A stretch of DNA of 63,707 bases, the filler included, from Chiloscyllium plagiosum (taxonomy: Eukaryota), in NCBI RefSeq assembly GCF_004010195.1. It is 5 parts of one record of this genome, joined end to end, with 100 filler letters (N's around TTAATTAATTAA, not from the genome) between each part and the next. Parts side by side here need not be neighbours in the genome. Positions count along the whole stretch, not along the records: positions 1 to 16,728 come from NC_057710.1; 4 more parts are not named here. One strand, given 5' to 3'. Below the pieces are notes generated by a model that was not told the DNA's origin, searched no databases, and was given only the letters and a program-made list of their open reading frames with translations. Shown here piece by piece: positions 1 through 11,311 of the stretch (position 1 is its first letter; each line of letters opens with the position of its first letter). The position numbers and the translations under genes are program-made.

Positions 1-165
1 ACCTTTTATCTTAGCCTGCTTGGCACACCCTCCTCATTCCTGAAGTAGGGCTTATGCCTGAAATATCGATTCTCCTTCTCCTTGGATGCTGCCTAACCTG
101 CTGCGCTTTTCCAGCAACACATCTTTAAGCTCTGATCCCCAGCATCTGCAGTCCTCACTTTCTCC
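1..165 (+). mobile_element. Penelope-like 3' repeat (pLTR), family A, with degenerate hammerhead motif
   Basis: Same sequence as the inserts at 22819, 35140 and 38870. It ends in CAGCATCTGCAGTCCTCACTTTCTCC, and the core is mutated (CTGAAGTA...GAAATATC). Confidence 0.75.
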
Positions 166-1742
166 ATGTTGATGAGACAAGATGGTTCAGTTGAGGCGAT
201 GGAGAGTTACAGATCAGCTAGGAAGGATTTAAAAAGAGAGTTAAGAAGAGCAAAGAGAGGACACGAGCAGTCTTTAGCAAATAGAATAAAGGAGAACCCT
301 AAAGATTTCTATAGGTATGTGAGGAATACAAGGATGACTAGGGTAGGAATACGGTCAGTGAAAGACAGAAGTGGGAAGTTGAGTGTGGACCCTGTGGAGA
401 TCGGAGACGTGCTAAACAAACATTTCTCATCGGTTTTCACTCAGGAAAAGGAGAATATTGTAGAGGAGAAGAATGACATACGATATTAGACTAGAAAGTG
501 TTCTCAATTCTAGAAGGGGTGATAGTAGACAAGTCCCCTGGGCCAGATGGGATTTATCCCAGGATTCTCTGGGAAGCTAGGGAGGAGATAGCAGAGCCTT
601 TGGCTTTGATATTTGAGTCATCATTGTCTACAGGTTTAGCACCTGAGGACTGGAGGATTGCAAATGTTGTGTCCTTGTTCAAGAAGGCAGTAGAGATATC
701 CTAGGTAATTATAGACCAATGAGCCTTACTTCTGTTGTAGGAAAGGTTTTGGAAAGGATTATAAAATCATCTAGCAAGCAACAATTTGATTTCAGATAGT
801 CAACATGGTTTCATCAAGGGCAGGTTGTGACTCACAAACCTCCTTGAGTTTTTGAGAAGGTGACCAAGCATGTAGATGACGTGATGTACATGGATTTCAG
901 TAAATCCTTTGATAAGGTTCCACATGGTAGGCTGTTGGAGAAAATGCAGAGGCATAGGATTGAGGGTGATTTAGCAGTTTGGATTAGAAACTGGCTTTCT
1001 AAAAGAAGGCAGCGAGGGTGGTTGTTGGAAAATATTCAGCCTGGAGTCTGGTTACTAGTGGTGTGCCACAAAGATCTGTTTTGGGAGTACTGCTGTTTGT
1101 CATTTTTATAAATGAATTAGACGCAGGCATAGGTGGATAGATTAGTGAATTTGCAGATGACACTAAAGTCGGTGGAGTAATGAACAGTTTGGAAGAACAT
1201 TACAGGTTGCAGGGAGACTTGGATAAACTGCAGAATTGAGCTGAGAGGTGGCAAATTGAGTTCAATGCAGCTCAATGTGAGGTGATTCACTTTGGGAAGA
1301 ATAACAGGAAGGCAGAGTACTGGGTCAATGGAAAGATTCTTGGTAGTATGTATGAACAGAGGGATCTTGGAGTCCCTGCAAGTTACCACCCAGGTTGATA
1401 GTGCTGTTAAGATGGCATAAGTTTATTAGGTTTCATTGGCAGAGGGATTGAGTTCTGGAGCCGCAATATCATGCTGCAACTATACAAAACACTGGCGCGG
1501 CCACACTTGGAATATCGTGTACAGTTCTGGTTGCCATATTTCGGGAAGGATGTGGAAATATTGGAAAAGGTGCAGAGGAGATTTACCAGGATGCTGCTTG
1601 GTCTGGAGGGAAGCTCTTACGAAGAAAGGCTGAGAGACTTGGGCCTGTTCTCATTGGAAAGAAGAAGGCTAAGAGGAGATTTGATAGAGACATACAAGAT
1701 GACCAGAGGATTAGATAGGGTAGACAATGAAAGTCTTTTTCC
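166..1742 (+). mobile_element. 5'-truncated CR1/HER1-like LINE, decayed ORF2 (left part)
   Basis: Fragments KSPGPDGIYPRIL, YMDFSKSFDKVPH, FADD, LYKTLARPHLEY and QRRFTRML, broken by stops and frameshifts. Confidence 0.9.
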
Positions 1743-3018
1743 ATGTTCTTTGTGACCTGCAACACATTATCAATGAGGATGAGCACCTCACCAAGACCTT
1801 CCCCACACCTCCACTACTTGTCTTTAAACAACAGCCAAACCTCAAACAGATTGTTGTTCATAGCAAGCTGCCCGGATCTCAGGACAAATCCATGTCACGG
1901 TGGACGCTGCAAGACGTGTCAGAGTGTGGACATAGATACCACCATTACGCGTGGGGACACCTCCCACCTTGTACATGGCAGGTACTCATGTGACTCAGCC
2001 AACGTTGTCTATCTTATACGTTGCAGGCAAGGATGCCCTGAGGCATGGTACATTGGAGAAACCGAGCAAAGACTACGACAACAGATGAATGGGCACCGCA
2101 CAACAATCAACTGACAGGAGGGTTCCCTCCCAGTTGAAGGACACTTCAGTGGTCCAGGACATTCAGCCTCGGACCTTCGGGTGATCATCCTCCAAGGTGG
2201 ACTTCGGGACAGGCAGCAGAGGTAAGTGGCTGAGCAGAGGCTGATAGCTAAGTTCGGTACCCATAGGGAGGGCCTCAACCGGGACCTTGGGTTCATGTCA
2301 CACTACAGGTGACCACCATATTAAAGAGCTGGAGGGTACAGGTTCAACATGTACCTTTTGGGGGAAATACAGGAGGAATATCCCCAGGGAACACTGGATG
2401 TCTGAAAATTCAGGGGCGGACTCACAACCCCCAACCCAGACACACAAAGACACTCATAGACAAAGACCCACATGCACACATATATTTTGTGTGGTGAATT
2501 TGTACTTGCAGAGTTACATTGTACTTTGCTCAAAAACTGCCTGAATTCATGTAGAACTCTGAGCTCAAAAACTGCATGAATTTATGTAAAACTCCGTTAT
2601 CTCACTTTTTAGATTAGAATCAATCTAAACATCATGGCACAGACAGAGAACATAGGGGGCCAACACCTTCAACACATTGTCTAGCTTTCACCATTGTTAA
2701 CAGCTAACCTGAGAATGCAACTTTTTAAAAAAAAAGGTTTTGTGATTTACACATGAAAGAAGTGAAACTATCACTGTATTCTAACAGATGAAAGGCTTAA
2801 CAGACAATCAATTTTTCAATGTATAATTTCAGTTACATCACACTGTAAATTTTTGCTATAAATCCTGTGTGTTAGGATTGAGCCCTCCACTATGACCTGC
2901 TGAAGGAGCGTCACTCCGAAAGCTAGTGTGCTTCCAATTAAACCTGTTGGACTATAACCTGGTGTTGTGTGATTTTTAACTTTGTACACCCCAGTCCAAC
3001 ACCGGCATCTCCAAATCA
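1743..3018 (+). mobile_element. 5'-truncated Penelope-like element (family C) inserted in the LINE
   Basis: Contains a GIY-YIG-type endonuclease remnant and a 3' repeat with a hammerhead-like motif at 2897-2925. A 7-bp TSD TTTTTCC lies at 1736-1742 and 3019-3025. The uninterrupted host junction is visible in the related copy near 42355-42375. Confidence 0.9.
1884..2312 (+). pseudogene. Penelope GIY-YIG endonuclease domain, disrupted
   Basis: PCHGGRCKTC...SCDSANVVYLIRCRQGCPEAWYIGETEQRLRQQMNGH...HF...EQRLIAKFGTHREGLN, with in-frame stops. Confidence 0.85.
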
Positions 3019-3315
3019 TTTTTCCTAGGATGATGATGTCAGCTTGGACGAGGGGGCATAACTACAATATGAGGGGTGATAGATTTAAGACAGATGTCAG
3101 AGGCAGCTTCTTTATTCAGAGAGTGGTCAGAGCGTGGAATGCCCTACCTGCCAACGTAGTTTACTCAGCCACATTAGGGAGATTTAAACAATCCTTGGAT
3201 AAGCACATGGATGATGATGGGATAGTGTAGGGGGATGAGCTGAGAGTAGTTCACAGGTTGGTGCAACATTGAGGGCTGAAGGGCCTGTCCTGCACTGTAT
3301 TGTTCTATGTTCTAT
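3019..3315 (+). mobile_element. 3' end of the interrupted CR1/HER1-like LINE
   Basis: TRGHNY...FFIQRVVRAWNALP, ending in the TGTTCTATGTTCTAT tail. Confidence 0.85.
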
Positions 3316-3506
3316 CCCTGCACACCATGGGCAGTTTAGCATGGCCAATCCACTTAAACTGCATATCTTTGTACTATGGGTAGAAACCAGAGTATTCAGT
3401 GGAACTTCACTAAGACATGGGGAGAATATGCAAAAGACAGTCGCCCAATGCTAGAATCAAACCCGCATCCTTGGCATTGAGACAACAGTGCTAATCGCTG
3501 TGCCAT
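3316..3506 (-). mobile_element. HE1-like tRNA-SINE, partial
   Basis: Reverse complement matches the SINE at 36088 (A-box head, TTGGCCATGCTAAA body). Confidence 0.7.
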
Positions 3507-4067
3507 CTCAATTTCTACTGCGCTACTGCAATTTAATCTTCCCTGGTGTACAACAGATCCAGCTATGGTTCCACTCCTGTTGCTCTCCTCTGACAGATCA
3601 TCCCTGTATCAGTATCTTGTGCTATATCTTCCTCTTAATAAAGCCTAGGATATTGAATGCTGTAATAACCGTGCTTTCAACCTGTCTTCTCACCTTTAAT
3701 TACTTATGCACATACAGACCCAGGTCGCTCTGCTCCTGCATCACTTTCAGAATTGTGGCCTTACAGAATGCAAAGATAAGGTAATTCCTATCTGTTCAAT
3801 TTACTTAGTAGAAGCTCTGGTAATAATGGAAATGCTACCATTGAAAGTGGTATCCTATTTTAAAGATTTATTGTACCATATTTTCATGTATGTATGTGAT
3901 TGCTGTAATCCTGCATTTATTGTAATTTCATATTTATTTATTTCTTATCCTTCTATTACAGTTAGCATTCATGGTCTGTTCTTTGAAAACTTTCTGTGGC
4001 AGTTAGCATAGATATGAAAATAGAATTTTTAAATGAATAAAATCAAGCGGCAATTTATTTTTGCTTT

Positions 4068-4185
4068 TGAGTTCAGACGAACGTTTATGTAACGAAAATG
4101 TGAACTGTCTCTCACTGCATATCTGCTTGACCTATTGAGCCCTCCAGTATTTTCTGCTTTTATTCCAATCTTCCAGCAACCAAGA
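4068..4185 (+). mobile_element. Old, diverged Penelope-like 3' repeat
   Basis: Similar to 26880-26970 and 33015-33115 (GACCTATTGAG...CCAGTATTTTCTG...TTCCAGCA). Confidence 0.5.
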
Positions 4186-5984
4186 CATTTGGTGCTCATT
4201 ATTCATTTAACTGTTTTGCATTTTAATAAAATCCACATATTGCCAGGATAACAATGAATTTATTAATGATTATTGCACAGCATTTAAATGATTTATGCAA
4301 CAGAAAATCAATAACAAAGTACAGTAGATATTGTTTGAAGTTAATAGAATAATAATATTTTGCTGAGGCATGATGTAAACAGAGATTTCCATAAAACATT
4401 TAATTCTATTTCTTGCAAGCACCTTGAATTCATTTCCATGCTTCTGAAAGAAGAACAAGCTTCTGCCAGTTCTATCAGATAACGCATTGTACCAAAATTC
4501 AACAGAAAAGCTGCACTTAAATGAATACATTTTGATGTTTCATCTATGTATATCCTTTCTGCTGCAATTAAATCACTTCCACATATTACATCTGTGATCA
4601 GCAGTGACACAAGTGTCAGTAACAAATATGAGTTCCACCCCACAGTGCCACAGGTTAACATGTTTTCCAGTATGAGTTCCAATGTTGATGGAAAGGCTAT
4701 AATTGTGTATTTTTTCCCCGCAATTTAAGTAGATGTAATTGAGTGATATTCTGTATTGGATGGAAAATTATTGAAAATGTGTGCTCAAATTCACTGCACG
4801 TGCTCTCAGTGGAGGAGGCGCTCAATTAGGAAAGCAATTTTGTAACAATGATTTTTCAATAGAAAACATGACACACATGGACAGACTTAACCAAAATCTT
4901 AATGACCACTGCTCAGTACAGTTAATGCATGGATTATTGTGCTCTGTCTGAATATTGTGTGGCAGGCTTATAGAGATTCTCAATAAACTGGTATCACGGT
5001 AATAACAGTATATCAAATGCAAGAGTAAATAGGCTCTAAAAGTCTTTTTTTTTCTATTTATTTTTAAAGTAGTAAAACTAATAAGGCTTAGCATTTTTTC
5101 ACCAGTGGGAAAAATACACTAAACTCTGACGTGCTGGCCAGCAGCATATTCTTAAGTAAGATGAGCTGAGTTGTTTATAAATGGAGCACCATCATTCAAT
5201 AGCACCATGTTGCACCTGGTGTCAGTAACTGCTTTCCCTGCAGACAAGTACAGACAACCAGTGATATTCATATTTTAGCGAGTCAAGAGGTAATTTACTG
5301 TGGTGAGGCTTTCAGCATTCTCTGCTGACAGGTTGGCACTGTTCGTAAAGTTTAAGGGGCATTTACAAAATATGCTATATGCTAACTGTTTCCTCTTTTC
5401 CTTTGCCAATTTTATCCAAGCCACATTTGAAAACTTTGCTAAGCATTGTTCCTGAGGCATCTCCAAGACCTCTGTACCCAAATGAGTATTCTTCAATATA
5501 GTGAGTGTCCTTAGGCAGAAAAGCTTGTGAGCTTTCAGTATGCAGCTGGATGGTGGCAGGCTGATCCAATTTTTCTTCCACTAAGCCAAGGTCTAATTGG
5601 AGAATTTCTCAGTTGGGCACTCACATTTATTCCCTTGTTTCCCCAACAGAAAAGAAAAATAAAAAAAACTACTCAAGTAGGATCAGCTAAAACTGTACAA
5701 AATCCCATATGTAATGAGCATTGAAAACATAACTGTGCTTTTTAACAAAATGGAAAATTACAAGATTGCCATTTATAATTTAATGATGCATCTTTTGACA
5801 CCAATGGTCATTTTCTCAATATAACAAATATATGGACTGCTACAGTGCTGGCATTGTCCCACTGGGATCATTGCATGTTCATACAGTAAATGCTGTGTTG
5901 TAACTATGTTTCTCAGCCTTTTCTTGTCCTGTCATAATGCCAATGACATTTACTTGCAGTAACTCCTGAGTGAAGAGCTAGTGG

Positions 5985-6140
5985 GAATGTCACTGAATAT
6001 GGAAAGCTAGTAGGGCCAAGCTAATTGTTTAAGCGCATGGGTTCAAATCGCTGATAGCAGCTACTGGAATTTGAATTCAAATGATGAATCTGAAATTGAA
6101 AGATAATTGCAATTATGACCATCCATTGTCATTGTAAGAA
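5985..6140 (+). mobile_element. Diverged 5' fragment of a second tRNA-type SINE family
   Basis: GGGTTCAAATC B-box-like motif and GGAATTTGAATTCAA...TCTGAAATTGAAAG shared with 53092-53390. Confidence 0.5.
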
Positions 6141-7024
6141 GATATCAATGGAGAGATCTGCGATCATGGACCTTAGCGGGGAAAAGAATTCAGAGAGTGC
6201 TTCTGAACTCAAGCAAAATGATTAAATCTATTCAGCTACACTACTTAACTGTAATCTGCTGCCTTCTGAGAATAATGTGCTATAAGTAGCTAATGGCATG
6301 AACCAGTTACTGCAATGCCAAAGAGTATTCTTAAAATCTGTTCTCCATTAAGTAACTATTCTCCATGAAAATAACTATCAAAGGTAAAAGTTGCAAAGTT
6401 CTCCTTCCAGCATGAAGCCTTGATAAATGTCACCATGTAACGTGTTTGATTATCCAATCTGACCTGGTGCTGGGGCTTTTGAGGAAGTTTCAGGTCTTAC
6501 AGTAACATTACCAGCTGGTGTTGCAAAAGCCCTAGAAAGCAGGAACTACCACTATAATTCTGGCTGTACCATCTATACACAGAACTATCTTTATTTAGTT
6601 TGCACATTTGTGACAGAAAGACGAAGAAGACGAAGAAATGTCTAAGTGCCAAAATCTCTCTCCTGAATGAAAATATGGAGAAAAAGATTATTTATGCTTC
6701 ACAGCTTCAGAGCGGTGCTGCACAGAATTTCTGAATTCACTGGCAGAAGGCCACATTGTGAGATTCTACCTGAATGATTCAAGACTTCTCTATCGATAAT
6801 ATTGCTGAGTGATGATGTCACACACATCAATCAGGTAACCCGTGAAATCGGCACAGTCTGTGTAGCACCACTCTGAAGAGGCACTATGCAAAATTATGAC
6901 TCAAGATCAAGAAGCATTTGTTATACTCCTCTAATGTTAAAACACACTCATAAACCTCTTTTTCTATCTATATGCAAGAGATAATAAATCACTGCATGTC
7001 AATACAATTAAACCCATATGGAAA

Positions 7025-7607
7025 GCTGGATTTTACACTCCTCAGCTGGTAAGTTTAAAGGTAGGGGAGAATTCATAAAATCCATTGAGTAGCCGTGGTC
7101 CTTCCCCTACCCTCCTGCCTTTGTGACATTTTACAGCGACTGGAGGTGTGTTAGGCTGCCCACTCAATATCCATTACCTGTGGCGGAGAGAGAGGTCAAT
7201 GCCATGAAACTGAGCAGGCTGATGTTGACAAAATGGCCCAGAACTTATTTTTCTCTATGCCCTCCTTTTCTAGCCTCTCAAACCCCCAACACTACAATCC
7301 TCTCACTTCCTTCATTGGGGTCTTCCTTTCAGGCCCTACAATATCCCAGCCTTGGTTCTAAATCTGGGCTCCCCTTCTTCAGGATTGCCTATAGTTCCGG
7401 CAGTAGCCATTACACCTGCCTGGCACTGCTTGGACTACAGAGCTGGTGACCAGCAGCTCCATAAGGTAGGTCCACCTCCATGTATTCAAAGCAAATGTTG
7501 CTGCTCCCGATGTTAAACTGCTGTGGAGCAACCAGCAGAAGGGTACAGGTTCCTACCACTGATTTCAGCTCAGCCACCAGGACCACTGTGTCTCTGTAAA
7601 ATCCAGC
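7025..7607. mobile_element. Non-autonomous DNA transposon (MITE), possibly PIF/Harbinger-type
   Basis: Perfect 13-bp terminal inverted repeat GCTGGATTTTACA (7025-7037) / TGTAAAATCCAGC (7595-7607) with a non-coding interior. The TSD is unclear. Confidence 0.6.
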
Positions 7608-8929
7608 CAAGATGTGTAGCTTTTGAGGGAGCAAGCATTTTACAAACATTACTATTCTCTAAACAGTCAAGACAAATCAAAAATATGAATGGAAGTCTAA
7701 TTTGAATTTGTAAGGTCCTTTGCTATTGAGTACGAAGCTAGTCCAGTTAGTCCTGCCCAAGTCCTGATGCAAACCTCATGCTGCTTGCTGGCTTAAATGT
7801 TAGTCATGTGTAACCAATGTTACACCTGCAGTTAAACTGTTGCAGGCCTGAGCAGTGGATACAAAATGGTGAAAGGATATTTAGAATTAAAACTAGACTA
7901 TGCCTTGCAAATATGAGTTGTTCTATGGCTGCAGCCGCTGCAGGAAGTTAATCAGAAAACAATTTTGATATCAGGAATACTTAATAATGGTCTGGGTTTC
8001 AGGGCTTTTGACACTGTATGGAGACCTTAGTTTAGGTTATGTACTTACAACAAAAGTCTGGGCCACAGATACCATGTTGGATATCTAACACCAAACCTAG
8101 TGTCGTGGTTTGCAACTAAAGTCTTTGTAATTTAAATAAAATGCATGTCTTTCTACAAATTTCTGTGCATGTATGATGTGCGTAAGCAGTAAATTTTGGA
8201 GTTACTAAAGTTGGTAATCTGAATACATTAAACATTTAGCATTTAGATAGTGATCCTGACTCTGCAGGATTAAAAAAAAGACATTCAAATTTACATTGTA
8301 TCTTTACATTACAACTGCTGGAGAAATATTTCTGAGGAAATGATACAACTGCCAAATGCCTAAGTGTTAATATGGCCACTTTGGGAGGATGTGAAATGGA
8401 TTTTTGCTTTGAGGAATAAAGTGAATAGCAGATGAAAGGATAGCAACTGCATCAGAGTTATTGAAGGAAGGTTCTATTATGTAAAACAGAGGCAATCTGC
8501 AAAATTGTATTTATATATAATGTGGTGCACATCAGTACTTACTTTCCAGTGCCCTAGTAATTAAGGGTAAAGAGTAAAATCTGCCGAACTGAAAATATGA
8601 CTTTCCCTTACGCTGGCATTTCAGTAATTATCCCCAGTCAGTGCTGAGGTAAAAAAAAAGTGTAGTTTTGTTTGATGGAAACTAAGCTTGTAAAGATCAA
8701 AGAACTGACTGAACTGGAAAACCAATGTGCACTCAGACTGTTTATCTGGCGAGACTTGATAGCTCTGTATGAGTAACTATTTCCTTTGCCAAATAAGTAA
8801 AGACTTACTGCATTGATCAATAAAATTTTAAACAGCACCTTACTGAAGGAAGTAGGCTCATTTTCAAAACCTTGCTTAAAAGAGTGCAGTTCCAGTTAGT
8901 CAAAGTACAAATACAAATTCCAATCTCTT

Positions 8930-9111
8930 TCATGAATCTGAAGTGGTTCCTTTGCTCAAACTTCGCTGTACTGCTCTTCTCGTTGTCATGCTGCTCAATT
9001 TCTGGCAAGTGTAACAACATTGGGTCTTAATTGTTGCCATTGAACATCGACCCAATTTCTTCAAGGTGAGGCAAAATTTTTTTGACATTCTGTCCTTAAT
9101 GCAGATGTTAT
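8930..9111 (-). CDS. ADAMTS12: Terminal coding exon encoding a PLAC domain and basic tail, ADAMTS7/12 clade, most likely ADAMTS12
   Basis: The minus strand reads ttttctttttcag|AT AAC ATC TGC... giving (x)NICIKDRMSKKFCLTLKKLGRCSMATIKTQCCYTCQKLSSMTTRRAVQRSLSKGTTSDS* (phase-1 entry, 2 nt plus 60 codons, TGA at 8932-8930). The C-x-x-D-x5-C-x8-C-x8-CC-x2-C pattern matches my recollection of the ADAMTS12 (DLLCTKDKLSASFCQTLK...CCFSC) and ADAMTS7 C-termini. The D-x-x-C spacing and the Arg/Gln-rich tail favour ADAMTS12, but ADAMTS7 is not excluded. Confidence 0.8.
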
Positions 9112-9130
9112 CTGAAAAAGAAAATGTTTT
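9112..9130 (-). promoter_or_regulatory. 3' splice acceptor (polypyrimidine tract plus CAG) of the PLAC exon
   Basis: The minus strand reads aaaacattttctttttcag immediately before the open frame. Confidence 0.85.
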
Positions 9131-9594
9131 GTACTGTTAGGTAAAAAATATCACATCAAGTACTTCTCACCCCACCCAAAGACCTTTCTGCTGGGCTGTA
9201 TTTCCATCAACAGAGTACAGACACAGCCACCATCTCTTTCGTTAACAAGTATAGTTGCTACGAATACCGTGTGAAAAACTTGTTCTTAGGCTTGTTGCAA
9301 AATGCTAAACCAGGAGAGGAATGAGAAACTGTGTCTGATTCCTGTAATAATCAGTTCATCATTGAAATGATACAACGCACATCACTGTGCCGGTTTGCAG
9401 CAATGATGTATATTAAAGAGAAAGAATTAAATGATCAATAATTCTATTAGTTCTGGTCTATGAGCTGCCCTTTTAGTAGGACGTGATTTTCAGAATAAGT
9501 GGAGTAATCCATTCGCATTAGCCTGCTTTTAATTTTTTGGTTGCAATTCAGCTGCACGGTCCTACTTATGGGCGCCTTATGTGTGCGGAAGGCC

Positions 9595-11311
9595 ATAAGA
9601 CCATAGCTGAAGAAATGCCTTCTCTTCCCGTTCTAAAGGGCTGTCCCTTCACTCTGAGCCCTCAGGTCCTCATCCTCTTTTTCATGCAAACATCTTCTCC
9701 ATCGAATACAGATGCAGAGTCCTCAACTGCTCCTCGTGTGACAATCCTTCACCTCCTGGATCATTCTTGTAAACCTCCTCTGGGCCCTCTCCAATGCCAA
9801 CATATCCTTTATTACAGTCATAGAGTCATAGAGATGTACAGCACAGAAACAGACCCTTCAGTCCAACTCATCCATGTCAAAAAGATATCTGAAACTAATC
9901 TAGTCCCATTTTCCAGCATTTGGCCCATACCCCTCTAACCCCTTCCTATCCAAGTGCCTTTTAAATGTTGTAATTGTGTCTGCCTCCACTACTTTTTCTG
10001 GCAGATCATTCCATACACGCAACACACTTTGTGTAAAAAAGTTGCTCTTTAGGTCCCTTTTAAATCTGTCCCCTCTCACCCTAAAACCTATGTCCTCTAG
10101 TTCTGGACTCCCCCATCCCAGGGAAAAGACCTTGTCTATTTATCCGAGATAAAAACTACACACAGTCTTCCAAATACATTCTAACCAGGCCCCTATATAG
10201 CCTCAGCAGTATATTTCTGCTCTTGTATTCTAGCCTTTGTTGAAATGAATGTCAAACAATGCATTTGCTTTCCTAACTGCCAATAGAATCTATATGTTAA
10301 CCTTAAGAGAATCCTGAACCAGCACTCCTAAGTCCCTTTGTGCTTCAGATTTTCCCATTTAGAAAATAGTCTATACCTGCATTCTTTCCAAAGTCATACT
10401 TTTTCATATTGTATTCCATCTGCCATTTCTTTGCCCACTCATCTAGTCTTCACACATCCTCAACATTACCTGACGCTCCCCTCTCTGTGTCATCTGCAAA
10501 CTTTGCAACAATTCCCTTAGTTCCTTCATCCAGATCATTAATGTATGTCAATATTTGTGATCCCAACAGAGACCATTGTGGAACAACACTAGCCACCAGC
10601 TGCCATTCTAAAAAGACCCCTTTATTCCCACTGTTTGCCTTCTGCCAGTCAGCCAATCCTCTATCCATGCCAGTACCTTGTCCCTAACACAATGTGCTCT
10701 TATCTTATTTAGCAGCCTCCTGTGTGGGACCTTGTCAAAGGCCTTCTGGAAATCCAAGTTGATCATGTCTACTGGCTCTACTTTGTCCAACACGCTTGTT
10801 ACGTCCTCGAAGAATTCTAACAGATTTGTCAGGCATGACCTGTCCTTGAAGAAACTGTGCTGTCTCAGCCCAATTTTACCATGCACGTCCAAGTACTCCA
10901 CAATCTATTCCTCAATAATGGACTCAGGAATCTTACCAACAATTGAGGTCAGGTTAACCGGCCTATACTTCCCTGTCTTCTGCCTCCTGTCTTAATTGGG
11001 GGCTGTTACATCAGCAATTTTCCAGTCTTCTGAAATCCTCCCCAGTCCTAGTGATTGCTGAAAGATCACCATTAATGACTCTCCAATCTCCTCAGTTATC
11101 TCCTTCAGAACTCGGGTGTGTAGTCTATCTGCTCCTGGTAATTTAACTACCTTCAGACTTTTCAGCTTCCCAACATCTTCTCCTCAGTGATGGCCACTAC
11201 ACTCACTGCTACCAACTGACTGTCTTGAAGTTCTGGTATGTTGTTGGTGTCTTCCACTCTGAAAACTGATGCATAGTACCTATTCAGCTCCTCTGCCATT
11301 TCTCTGCTCCC
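9595..11311 (-). mobile_element. Older CR1-like LINE, 3' part and RT, interrupted by 9816-10145
   Basis: Minus ORFs SCLTNLLEFFEDVT, LDFQKAFDKVPH, VPQWSLLG and FADD. Confidence 0.85.
9816..10145 (-). mobile_element. CR1-like LINE 3' fragment with (TCTATGAC)n tail
   Basis: AGTCATAGAGTCATAGAGATGTACAGC terminus, same family as 40508-41811. Confidence 0.8.

Noticed and set aside
4270..4682. Overlapping minus-strand ORFs of 86 and 113 aa
   Set aside because: No recognisable domain and weak splice signals. The region lies downstream of the ADAMTS stop codon.
5375..5581. Protein-like minus-strand ORF LHTESSQAFLPKD...GKEET with CAG/GT boundaries
   Set aside because: No polypyrimidine tract, no recognised homology and no partner exons.
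5626..6595. Minus-strand AATAAA hexamers as the ADAMTS polyA site
   Set aside because: Several candidates occur in AT-rich DNA and none can be chosen without 3'-end data.
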